DNA of 64,000 nucleotides, taken from the NCBI GenBank assembly GCA_043826355.1, contig JBDRQI010000011.1:32001-96000 (forward strand), in the 5' to 3' direction. The notes below the pieces were generated by a model. The model was given only the letters and a program-made list of their open reading frames with translations, was not told the DNA's origin and ran no database searches. Within the stretch, counting starts at the first letter, position 1; each line of letters opens with the position of its first letter. This stretch comes from Candidatus Omnitrophota bacterium (GTDB lineage: Bacteria; Ratteibacteria; UBA8468; MWAK01). The translations under genes and the position numbers were made by a program. Shown here piece after piece: positions 28,116-36,053 of the stretch.

Positions 28116-28731
28116 CGGAAAGGTTTGTGGTGTCAAGATAGCAGGCGTCTTCTGCCTGACGCAAGGGGGCAACGGAGCGGGAACGGTCATGGTTGTCCCG
28201 CTCCGCCACCTCCTCCGCAATTTTGGTAATTGGTTGTTCAACCCCTGCCCTGGTCAGGTCTTTGCCCCGTCTTTTGGCGCGGGTCTCCAGGTTTGCATCC
28301 AGGTAAATCTTAAGCGTTGCGTTCGGAAAGACTACCGTGGTTGTATCCCTGCCTTCGGCCACCAAACTTTCCCTTTCGGCAAATTTCCGCTGTAACGGGA
28401 GGATGGCCTGTCGTACTTCCGGGGAGCGGGCGATATAAAAGGTGTTTCGCGTTACCTCCGGAGTGCGTATTTGGTCGGTTATTTCCCGGCCGTCCATAAA
28501 GACGTGCAGCCCATCCGCCTTATCCTGCAGGTCAATCCTGGTCTCCCGGGCAAGCGCGGCCAGCGCTTTCTCATCTTTCAGGTCAAGGCTTTTCTGCATG
28601 GCGTTATAGGTAATGGTGCGGTAAAGAGCGCCGGTATCCAGGTAGAAAAACCCCAGTTTCCGCGCCAGGGTTTTGGCGACCGTGCTTTTGCCGGCGCCGG
28701 CCGGCCCGTCAATCGCAATGATGTATTTCAT
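28018..28731 (-). CDS. cmk: Cytidylate kinase
   Basis: IAIDGPAGAGKST, YLDTGALYR, VAEGRD, ERD..D..R.VAPL. Confidence 0.96.
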   Translation of the reverse strand: MKYIIAIDGPAGAGKSTVAKTLARKLGFFYLDTGALYRTITYNAMQKSLDLKDEKALAALARETRIDLQDKADGLHVFMDGREITDQIRTPEVTRNTFYIARSPEVRQAILPLQRKFAERESLVAEGRDTTTVVFPNATLKIYLDANLETRAKRRGKDLTRAGVEQPITKIAEEVAERDNHDRSRSVAPLRQAEDACYLDTTNLSVTEVVERLASLFHSVPLSAVQPYCKVPDESPG

Positions 28732-29129
28732 TTCCTTGCCGTTCTTTTCCAGAATTCTCGTGGGGTTAAAATAGGAATATTCTTAAAATCCTTCAGTTTG
28801 AGTAAATGTTTATCGCCGGTTATAATAACGTCCGCCTTGTCTGCCCAAGCAGTTCCCAAAACTTTCAAATCTCCCGGGTCCTGGCAAGCGCCCGGAGAAA
28901 CCCCTATCGGAACCACCACCTTTGTTCCTCTTAACAAAATATCCCGGTGGTTTTTAGTAACGTCCTCGGGCATTCCGAAATCTTCTTCCAGAGATTTAAT
29001 TACTTCTTCCATAATAAACTGACTGGTTATAACCTCGTGTTCGAAAAGACAAAGGGTAAAAATCTCAAAACACAGCCCGCGCGTAGCAAAGGCGGAAATT
29101 ATCACGTTTGAATCCAGTAAAACTTTCAT
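28728..29129 (-). CDS. PIN-domain toxin
   Basis: VLLDSNVIISAF, CQDPGD, IITGDKHLL, ILTPREF. Confidence 0.9.
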   Translation of the reverse strand: MKVLLDSNVIISAFATRGLCFEIFTLCLFEHEVITSQFIMEEVIKSLEEDFGMPEDVTKNHRDILLRGTKVVVPIGVSPGACQDPGDLKVLGTAWADKADVIITGDKHLLKLKDFKNIPILTPREFWKRTARK

Positions 29130-29356
29130 CCGCGACGTGGCTTTATCCTTTTAAAAACATCTTCATCAGTGTAGAAACCTGCTTTTTCGGCATACGGAAT
29201 AGTCTTTGCTCTCACTTCCCGAAAACGCTGCGCAACAAGATATCGCCGGATGGCTTCCCGGGCTATTTGACCTGCTTTAAGGTTGTTTTTTTTACTGACC
29301 AACTCCAGTTCGTTTCTCAGGTCTTCGGAAATCCGGATTGTAAAAGTACTCGCCAT
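29126..29356 (-). CDS. RHH/CopG-type antitoxin
   Basis: TFTIRISEDL...IAREAIRRYL, GFYTDEDVF; coupled to PIN gene. Confidence 0.85.
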   Translation of the reverse strand: MASTFTIRISEDLRNELELVSKKNNLKAGQIAREAIRRYLVAQRFREVRAKTIPYAEKAGFYTDEDVFKRIKPRRG

Positions 29357-29374
29357 GGTTCACCTCCATAAGAC

Positions 29375-29404
29375 AATATAACACAAATAGGTTGGAGATG
29401 TCAA
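29375..29404 (-). promoter_or_regulatory. sigma70-like promoter for TA-cmk
   Basis: TTGACA-N18-TATATT with TG extended -10. Confidence 0.65.
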
Positions 29405-29428
29405 GTTTGTCTGTTCTCGGGATTTAGG

Positions 29429-29472
29429 TGCCTGCGCCGGCCGGCCCGTCAAAAGGTAATTACGTAGTTCAC
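29429..29472 (-). pseudogene. Degenerate duplicate of cmk 5' end
   Basis: GTG-N-Y-V-I-T-F-(+T)-D-G-P-A-G-A-G; 19-nt exact repeat 29434-29452 = 28694-28712. Confidence 0.75.
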
Positions 29473-29476
29473 TTTA

Positions 29477-29585
29477 TGTCATTTTGAGCGGTTATTTTAT
29501 GTCATTCTGAGGCCCTTCGCTCTGCTCAAGGGTAAACTCCGCCGAAGAATCTCTTCCTTGCAGTAGGACAGGCGTCCCGCCTGTC
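29477..29585. repeat. Family A partial units plus a GTAG REP (29563-29585)
   Basis: TGTCATTCTGAGG..CTCAAGGGTAAACTCC..GAAGAATCT; GTAGGACAGGCGTCCCGCCTGTC. Confidence 0.75.
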
Positions 29586-29591
29586 AACCAA

Positions 29592-30251
29592 CTAAAAATC
29601 TATCTGATTTCTTACCCGCACGCACCGGTACAGCGTCACTGCTTCCGAAATGTTCTGGAGCGTATTTTTTAGCACAAGTTTAATGCCCACATAGCCCACA
29701 GGAACGCCGGTGCTGGAAATTGAGAGGTCGGTGTCATAGTAAAGAAATTCGGAAAGACGATTACCGGAAGCATCAAGACGAATTACTTCCAATTGTCTGT
29801 CTGTTGCCCAGGTGGGTTTTAAATCTACGGAACCAAAATACAACGAACCTTCTTTCAAACTATACTTGACTTCAGCAGCATCCCGACCCTGAAAAGTTAA
29901 TGTGTCTGATGTAGTATCTGGGTTAAGAGCAAATGGTTGTATCCCCACCAGTCCTTTCTCCCTGTTTATCCCCGGTCCGTAAACTATCGTATTCATCAGG
30001 TAAATTCCCAGGTTTTCCGCATCCCCGCCGCTGCGCACAACTTTATGGATATTGGTTGCCCGGCCGAAGATAATCGCCAACAGGCCGAAGACAATAACCA
30101 GGATTGCGGTTGTCGTCAGCATCTCAATCAGCGTAAACCCCCTGGAATTACGATTACTGTGATTAAAATGCAGATTACGGTGATTAGGACAAAAATCAGT
30201 GTAATCTGTATCTAAAGCTTTGTAATTTTCATATTTAATCATTGTAATCAT
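29592..30251 (-). CDS. Minor pilin/pseudopilin (PilW/GspJ-like) with repeat-derived leader
   Basis: G|FTLIE class III signal plus hydrophobic helix; start uncertain. Confidence 0.8.
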   Translation of the reverse strand: MITMIKYENYKALDTDYTDFCPNHRNLHFNHSNRNSRGFTLIEMLTTTAILVIVFGLLAIIFGRATNIHKVVRSGGDAENLGIYLMNTIVYGPGINREKGLVGIQPFALNPDTTSDTLTFQGRDAAEVKYSLKEGSLYFGSVDLKPTWATDRQLEVIRLDASGNRLSEFLYYDTDLSISSTGVPVGYVGIKLVLKNTLQNISEAVTLYRCVRVRNQIDF

Positions 30252-30272
30252 CTTTTAATAATCTCCGTAATC
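30146..30272. repeat. Family H GATTAC/GTAATC 9-bp-spaced doublet repeats, downstream flank of GxxExxY gene
   Basis: GATTACTGTGATTA, GATTACGGTGATTA facing AATCAGTGTAATC, TAATCATTGTAATC, TAATCTCCGTAATC. Confidence 0.75.
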
Positions 30273-30666
30273 ATGCCATATTTAACCGCCGTATCTGACA
30301 ACTTTTGTTGCCGAAGTTTATTAATAATCCGACTTTATATCCTGATGCTTTCAAATAAGATAAAACCTGTGATTCAAACAGAGTAGGAATATTACCTGTT
30401 AAGGCTTTAATTTCAACCACGACTTTATCTTCTACGATCAAATCCAATCTCAATTTACCAACGTTCTGGTCGTGGAACGAGATGTTGAAACTTTTTTCAG
30501 TCTGATATTTTAATTGTTGGTCTTCTATGGCGATCTTTAAAGCATTATGATATATGCTCTCGTTAAATCCGGGGCCTAATTCACCGTGTACCTTGTAAGC
30601 ACAGGCAATTATTTTTTCAGTTAAAGGATCTTTATTTTGAATCCCCGTAATCTGTATTTTACCCAT
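30271..30666 (-). CDS. GxxExxY protein (PD-(D/E)XK nuclease-like)
   Basis: VH.ELGPGFNESIY, RLDLIVEDKVVVEIK, QVLSYLK..G..VGLLINFG. Confidence 0.93.
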   Translation of the reverse strand: MGKIQITGIQNKDPLTEKIIACAYKVHGELGPGFNESIYHNALKIAIEDQQLKYQTEKSFNISFHDQNVGKLRLDLIVEDKVVVEIKALTGNIPTLFESQVLSYLKASGYKVGLLINFGNKSCQIRRLNMA

Positions 30667-30729
30667 TTGGCTAAATATGCCCGGGTTTTAGACCTAATCG
30701 CTGTAATCTGAACCTAATCGCTGTAATCA
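30640..30729. repeat. Family H repeats, upstream flank of GxxExxY gene
   Basis: AATCCCCGTAATC and ACCTAATCGCTGTAATC x2 with 20-nt period. Confidence 0.75.
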
Positions 30730-30747
30730 GACATCCGTCCAGGATGT

Positions 30748-31284
30748 CTAATAATACCCGTTTCTCGTCTTATACGTCACCGTCTTCAGAAGCGGCCTTC
30801 CGTTCTTAGAGACCGTAACCGTAACCTTTAAAAGGTTGTGGTCACCCGGCATTTCATCTACATTTGGGATGTTGTATTCAGCGGCAAGTATAGGGTTGCC
30901 GTCAAACGCCACAATATCTGTCGAATAAGTATAAGTAACACTTGAAATGGTTATGGAAGAATCACTGATAGTTCCGAGAGTTCCGCTGGAGCCGGTCGGC
31001 GGGAACTTTTGGTCACGCACCTGGTCTATCGCCATCTGGCTGATTGTAACCGCGTTGGAGATATCAACCGCCCGACCCCGGTTTACGGTATAGCCCATCA
31101 TCTTGCTCAGGACGACCAGGGTGGCGGAAACCGCTATGGCTACCACCACTACCGCCAGCACCACCTCAATCAGCGTAAATCCGCATTTTTTGTCATTCTG
31201 AGGCGTTAGCCGAAGAATCTCGTTCGCAATACGAGACCCTTCGCAACTTCGGCTCAGGGTGACATGATGGGGTGTTATTTTCAT
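30748..31284 (-). CDS. Minor pilin/pseudopilin (PilV/GspI-like) with repeat in leader
   Basis: G|FTLIEVV; ATGA overlap with upstream stop at 31281-31284; L.KVTVTV C-terminal strand. Confidence 0.82.
   Translation of the reverse strand: MKITPHHVTLSRSCEGSRIANEILRLTPQNDKKCGFTLIEVVLAVVVVAIAVSATLVVLSKMMGYTVNRGRAVDISNAVTISQMAIDQVRDQKFPPTGSSGTLGTISDSSITISSVTYTYSTDIVAFDGNPILAAEYNIPNVDEMPGDHNLLKVTVTVSKNGRPLLKTVTYKTRNGYY
31191..31264. repeat. Family A element in-frame within prepilin leader
   Basis: TGTCATTCTGAGG..GAAGAATCTCG..CGAGACCCTTCG..CTCAGGGTGACA. Confidence 0.88.
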
Positions 31285-32936
31285 CTCAATCTCCATCCCT
31301 GCCACGTCGGCACGTAAGCCCGGCGCCCGCCGGAAAAGCCGGAATAGATATCTTCACCCGGGTCCGCGCCGGTAAAGATGGGATTTATATAGTCCAAAAA
31401 GGTTGCGTTGTCCAAAAATATTGTGCCGTCAGCCACTAAAACGCCGTTAATATTAGCAGTACAAGTACTGATTGTTATTCCGGAACCGCCGCCAGCTGAA
31501 TAGACAAGCCCATTAATATTCTGCGTGGTACCAGTAGTTTGAATTGTAATGGTTGCGCTCCCTAAACCCCATCGGTCCATGATCAGGGCGGGTACGTTAT
31601 AACCGTTGGGTTGTATATTGTTGCTCCTGACACCCAGCCATATTGTGCTTTGCGCATAACAGGTTCCCTTGATGTTGGCGCCTCTTAGCGTAATACCATT
31701 TTTACCGATAACATAAACATCATGATTGGCGTCGCCGATAACACAACCGTTATCCAAAGTGTTATCCATAATAACTGGTCCTTCCGCGAAGAAGTTTGCC
31801 AGATAAGGATTTGTGTTTTCGCCGGCCTGGTTTATCCATATGGTATTATTCGCTTTGATAAGGCCGCCGTTTATCGTTATGCCGAGACCCGTCAGGTTGA
31901 CATTGTTTCCTTTTACGCAGACATTGTTGCCGGATTCTATGGTAGGCGTTCCTGAAATATTTACGGTACCGGCGGCGTTGAGAAAGTTGTTGACCGTTGC
32001 CTGGTCCCGGAGCTCAACATTACCGATAACCTGCGTGTAAGCCTGAATGCTGCTGTTGTCTCGAAACTGGGCGTCTCCATTTATCTGAACATGAAAGCTG
32101 ATTACGTCGCCGGTTTGAAACCAGAAGACCGGGCCATTCCAAATTTCGGCTTCAGGCAATGGTCCGGGTCCATCTGGATCGTGATATTGGGGGTATGGGC
32201 CGCTCCCGCCGCTTGGGTCGTCATAGGTATACATTATTGCTTGGGGCGGCGGTTCGTCACCGATAGATTCGAAATAAGCCCGGTTGGGTATAGGCGGTTC
32301 GGTAGTGGAAATTTTGGTCTTTGTCCAATTCCCGGTGGTTGGAAAAGTTGATGCGTTATTAAAATAAACAATATTTCCGTTAATTGTCGCACCGTTTGCG
32401 GTGAATAAGTTACAATAGACCGCGTGCTTATTGAACGCCTCGGATATTCCCTGGGTGGGTCCCTGCCTGATGTTGGTGGTGGAATTATTGCCTCTTAAGG
32501 ATGTGACAAGGATACGCCGGATTCCTTTGTGGATGCCAACTGCAACCAGGGTGTCTGGGTAGGAATTATCCTGGATGCCCACGTAATACACCCCCCCTAT
32601 TTCCGGCAGGCTTCCCATTATTCCAGTGGAGAGAAATTCTGAAATTGGAAAAATATCCGTGGGCAGGGTAATCAATTCGGAAGTTTCGAAAGGATTTAAT
32701 GTTCCGGAAAAGGGATAATAATCCGGAGTGTTTTCATAGTTCAGCCGGTAGATGGCGTCGGCTGTTCCGGCTTCAGCCAGGTTCAGGGCGATGGCGGAAT
32801 TTTTGGCGTATTCGGACTGCCGGGAAGTGGCCGCGATTACCCAGAAGAGACTGGCAACCAGCGCCAGGAGGATAAAAGAGGTCAGGAGTGCCACCACCAG
32901 CGCCATCCCGCGATTGTTGTTCATTGTTTTGACCAT
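31281..32936 (-). CDS. PilX-like minor pilin with long beta-rich C-terminus
   Basis: RG|MALVVALL...; ALNLAEAG; Gly/Asn/Ile-rich repeats; ends W..WR. Confidence 0.75.
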   Translation of the reverse strand: MVKTMNNNRGMALVVALLTSFILLALVASLFWVIAATSRQSEYAKNSAIALNLAEAGTADAIYRLNYENTPDYYPFSGTLNPFETSELITLPTDIFPISEFLSTGIMGSLPEIGGVYYVGIQDNSYPDTLVAVGIHKGIRRILVTSLRGNNSTTNIRQGPTQGISEAFNKHAVYCNLFTANGATINGNIVYFNNASTFPTTGNWTKTKISTTEPPIPNRAYFESIGDEPPPQAIMYTYDDPSGGSGPYPQYHDPDGPGPLPEAEIWNGPVFWFQTGDVISFHVQINGDAQFRDNSSIQAYTQVIGNVELRDQATVNNFLNAAGTVNISGTPTIESGNNVCVKGNNVNLTGLGITINGGLIKANNTIWINQAGENTNPYLANFFAEGPVIMDNTLDNGCVIGDANHDVYVIGKNGITLRGANIKGTCYAQSTIWLGVRSNNIQPNGYNVPALIMDRWGLGSATITIQTTGTTQNINGLVYSAGGGSGITISTCTANINGVLVADGTIFLDNATFLDYINPIFTGADPGEDIYSGFSGGRRAYVPTWQGWRLR

Positions 32937-32944
32937 TCTTTGTT

Positions 32945-33100
32945 TGTCATCCTGAACTGTTAATGATCTGTCACCCTGAACCGATGTTGTGAAGGGTCTC
33001 GTATTAAAGGATTAGATCCTTCACGGAGTTTACCCTTGAGCAGCGCGAAGGGCTCAGAATGACAAATTACGTCAGATTCTTCACTTTGTTCAGAATGACA
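32945..33100. repeat. Family A composite unit
   Basis: Shares AGATCCTTCACGGAGTTTACCCTTGAGCA..GACAAATTACGTCAGATTCTTC with 26156-26319. Confidence 0.88.
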
Positions 33101-33110
33101 AACGAAAGCA

Positions 33111-33746
33111 TTACTGTATTCCGGCGTTAAAGATGTAATAGGCGTCATCTCCTTTATCGCCGGCAGGGTTAAAATTTAGGAAATTAGATTGCGCCGCGTT
33201 ATCCGGGTCGCTTCCGATACCATAATTATACTCGCCGTCTCCTCCGGCCGAAATTATGACCATGGCGCCGGTGGCTCCGGCCGGTCTTACCAAAGCATTG
33301 GTTGTCCAGAACATCCGGTAAGGCCTTTTCCAGGGGTCAAGAGGCCGGTAATTTATGTGGTTCTTGTAAGTTGTGTAAGGTCCGGTCCACAAATTCCCTA
33401 ACTCTGAAGGGAAACCCGCCGAAGGGGTGTCAATGTCGTCGTTGTCTCCGTCTGTGTAAGTATTTTCAGGAGAGGGTGCGTTCTGCCACGCCCACACCTT
33501 CCCCCGCATGGTTGTGGTGATTTCATTGGTATTTTTTGCCAAATCCTCCAACCGGACATAGTAACCTATTTCGCTGTAGACCTGGGTGATTACGGTTGCC
33601 AGGTGCTGCATCTCCGAGAGGGCGCGGTTGGTCTTTGCCTGTTTCATCGCCCGCAGGACGCCGGGTATCAGGAGCCCGGCCAGGACGGTAATGATGGTGA
33701 TGACCACCAAAAGTTCAATTAGGGTAAAACCGTTCCGATTACGCAT
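33111..33746 (-). CDS. GspG-like major pseudopilin
   Basis: G|FTLIELLVVI, WTGPY, LDPWKRPY, ISAGGDG. Confidence 0.85.
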   Translation of the reverse strand: MRNRNGFTLIELLVVITIITVLAGLLIPGVLRAMKQAKTNRALSEMQHLATVITQVYSEIGYYVRLEDLAKNTNEITTTMRGKVWAWQNAPSPENTYTDGDNDDIDTPSAGFPSELGNLWTGPYTTYKNHINYRPLDPWKRPYRMFWTTNALVRPAGATGAMVIISAGGDGEYNYGIGSDPDNAAQSNFLNFNPAGDKGDDAYYIFNAGIQ

Positions 33747-33767
33747 TTTAGGCCTCCGATTTTTTCA

Positions 33768-33864
33768 TGTCATTCTGAGTGAAACGAAGAATCTAATCTT
33801 TTAAAGACGAGATCCTTCGCAAGCACGGCTCAGGATGACATATTATTAACGGCTCAGGATGACA
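33768..33864. repeat. Family A element
   Basis: TGTCATTCTGAGTGAAACGAAGAATCT..AGATCCTTCG..CTCAGGATGACA, terminal part duplicated. Confidence 0.85.
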
Positions 33865-33874
33865 TATGTTAAGA

Positions 33875-34336
33875 TTACAACCTGCAAATAAAGAGAGCTA
33901 TCAATATAAAGTATACTGCCTGAAAGCGGAAAAGTAAAATTTCCTGAGAACGGGTGGCAGCCGGTCCGAGGCGGCTTAAACGGCTGCCCAAAATCTTTCG
34001 GTCTATCCCCGCTATCATCTCCGGCTTGAAAAAGAGAGCGGTTCCCGTCGCAATCGAGAGGAGGAGCAAAATTAGACGGATAACGTTTAACGTTGGTTCC
34101 AGACTGAAGGAGAAGAAAGGGATGAAGAGGAAAAATAAAAATAATGTCGCAAGGAGTGAAAGACGGGATTGCCGTGCTCCCCCCCACTTCGCCTCCCCCG
34201 CCAGGGGGGAGGTATGACGGTTACAATGACTATGTAAAATATTCAGGGTTGCCGGGACCAAGCTTTCCGGCAACTTTTCCTCCCGGATTTCTCCGGCCAG
34301 CCTGATAATCTCTCTTTCCAGTTCGTTTGTGTCCAT
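33875..34336 (-). CDS. Hypothetical membrane protein with in-frame family D palindrome (34177-34213)
   Basis: 153-aa ORF, three hydrophobic segments; SPLAGEAKWGG encoded by CCTCCCCC..GGGGGAGG. Confidence 0.55.
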   Translation of the reverse strand: MDTNELEREIIRLAGEIREEKLPESLVPATLNILHSHCNRHTSPLAGEAKWGGARQSRLSLLATLFLFFLFIPFFSFSLEPTLNVIRLILLLLSIATGTALFFKPEMIAGIDRKILGSRLSRLGPAATRSQEILLFRFQAVYFILIALFICRL

Positions 34337-34348
34337 TCTTTTAAGGTG

Positions 34349-34474
34349 TGGATTCCCGATCTAAGCATTCGGGAATGACATCGTGTGTTTGGTCCTCTAT
34401 ACATTTAGTACCGTTTTCCGCGAAAAAGGTTCATTCAGTTGATAGATTCCCGCTTACCACACGCGGGAATGATG
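34349..34474. repeat. Two family B half elements (34349-34380, 34443-34474)
   Basis: GATTCCCG-N-CGGGAATGA hairpins. Confidence 0.8.
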
Positions 34475-34476
34475 TT

Positions 34477-35028
34477 TCATTCCAGAATCTCTTTTTCTTT
34501 AGCGGACAGGAGGCGGTCTATCTCCGCGATGGAATGGTCGGTCAGTTTCTGGACTTCGTTGATGCCGTGGTGCATATCGTCCTCGGAAATCTCTTTTTCC
34601 TTCTCGGATTTTTTCAATTCTTCGTTGGCTTTATGGCGAACCTCCCGGATTTCCACGCGGCCCTGTTCCGCAATTTTGTGGGCAACCTTGACAACCTCCC
34701 TGCGGCGTTCTTCGCTTAAGGGCGGAATCGGCACCCGGACTCCGGTTGCGTCGGAAATGGGATTTAGGCCCAGGTTGGACGCAAGGATGGCTTTGGAGAT
34801 TTCACCGGCCAGGGACTTATCCCAGGGCTGAACCATAATCAGGTTCGGCTGCGGTGTGGTGAGGGTGGCAACCTGGTTGAGGGGAAGGCGGGAGTTATAC
34901 GCCGCAACAGTGATGCCGTCCAAAAGGCTGACGTTTGCCCGCGACGCTCGCAACGATGCGTATTCGTGCTTGATGAAATCCAGAATTTTGCGCATATTGC
35001 TTTCCGCTTTTTTTACCTTTTCTCTCAT
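34477..35028 (-). CDS. frr: Ribosome recycling factor
   Basis: LNQVA, QPWDK, NLGLNP, PPLSEERR, KEKEILE. Confidence 0.95.
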   Translation of the reverse strand: MREKVKKAESNMRKILDFIKHEYASLRASRANVSLLDGITVAAYNSRLPLNQVATLTTPQPNLIMVQPWDKSLAGEISKAILASNLGLNPISDATGVRVPIPPLSEERRREVVKVAHKIAEQGRVEIREVRHKANEELKKSEKEKEISEDDMHHGINEVQKLTDHSIAEIDRLLSAKEKEILE

Positions 35029-35057
35029 AAAATTTCCTCCACTACGTTAACGGAACC

Positions 35058-35220
35058 ATTTGTCATTCTGAGCGGTAGCGAAGAATCTGACGTAATTTGT
35101 CATCCTGAACCCTTCGCGTTGCTCAAGGGTAAACTCCGTGAAGGATCTAATCTTTTAAGACGAGATCCTTCGTTTCACTCAGGATGACAGATTCTTAAAG
35201 GCTCAGGATGACACCATAAT
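35058..35220. repeat. Family A composite unit (inverted copy of 26156-26319)
   Basis: About 5 differences by manual alignment. Confidence 0.9.
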
Positions 35221-35222
35221 AA

Positions 35223-35933
35223 CTACGAAATTAAGGTGCCGATGTCGGCGCCGCCCAGAACTTTTTTCAGGTTTCCGGTTCGGAAAAGGTTAAAGACGAT
35301 GATGGGAATCTTGTTCTCCCGGCACAGGGCGATGGCGGTTGCATCCATTATGTTCAGGTCGTTCTTGAGTACTTCCCCAAAAGAAAGGCGCTGGTACCGC
35401 GTGGCTTTCTTTACCTTTTTGGGGTCAGCCGAGTAAACACCGTCCACCTTGGTTCCTTTCAGGATAATCTGGGCCCGGATTTCAATGGCGCGCAAGGCCG
35501 CCGCAGTATCGGTGGTGAAGTAAGGGCTGCCGGTCCCGCCGGCAAAGATAACCAGCCGGCCTTTTTCCAGGTGCCTAATCGCCCGGCGCCTGATGTATGG
35601 TTCCGCCAACTGCTTCATTTCCAGGGCGGTTTGAAGCCGCGTGGAAACCCCCAGTCGCTCCATGACAGATTGCAGGGCAAGGCCGTTGATGACCGTTGCC
35701 ACCATTCCCATGTAATCGGCGGTTGTTTTATCGATGCCATCTTTACTTACCACCGCGCCCCGGAAAAGGTTTCCGGCGCCCACCACCACGGCCAGCTGGG
35801 CGCCCTGGCCGATTGCGGATTTCAATTCTTCGCCTAATTTTTGCAGGGGTTTTGGTTCAATCCCGAACGCGTCTTCTCCGGAAAATGCCTCGCCGGAAAT
35901 CTTTACCAGTATCCGCTGATATCTATTTTTCAT
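35223..35933 (-). CDS. pyrH: UMP kinase
   Basis: KISGEA, GAGNLFRG, DYMGM.AT, FTTDTAAALRA. Confidence 0.96.
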   Translation of the reverse strand: MKNRYQRILVKISGEAFSGEDAFGIEPKPLQKLGEELKSAIGQGAQLAVVVGAGNLFRGAVVSKDGIDKTTADYMGMVATVINGLALQSVMERLGVSTRLQTALEMKQLAEPYIRRRAIRHLEKGRLVIFAGGTGSPYFTTDTAAALRAIEIRAQIILKGTKVDGVYSADPKKVKKATRYQRLSFGEVLKNDLNIMDATAIALCRENKIPIIVFNLFRTGNLKKVLGGADIGTLIS

Positions 35934-35953
35934 AGATTCCCACCGTTAAATAC

Positions 35954-36021
35954 GGGCGACCCTAAAAGGGCCGCGCTACGTTTATGTTATGGATTCCCGC
36001 CTGATACATGCGGGAATGATA
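35954..36021. repeat. GTAG-type REP (35954-35979, minus) plus family B half element (35990-36021)
   Basis: GGGCGACCCTAAAAGGGCCGCGCTAC; TGGATTCCCGC..GCGGGAATGA. Confidence 0.7.
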
Positions 36022-36053
36022 TTAAGTGTTACACACAGTAATGACAAAATGCG

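Noticed and set aside
30146..30729. CRISPR array
   Set aside because: Units are short degenerate doublets without constant repeat or spacer lengths; no cas genes.
32960..33148. Short ORFs with CHSE/VILS/CHPE peptides (also 34966-35187, 33586-33804)
   Set aside because: Translations of family A repeats, not genes.
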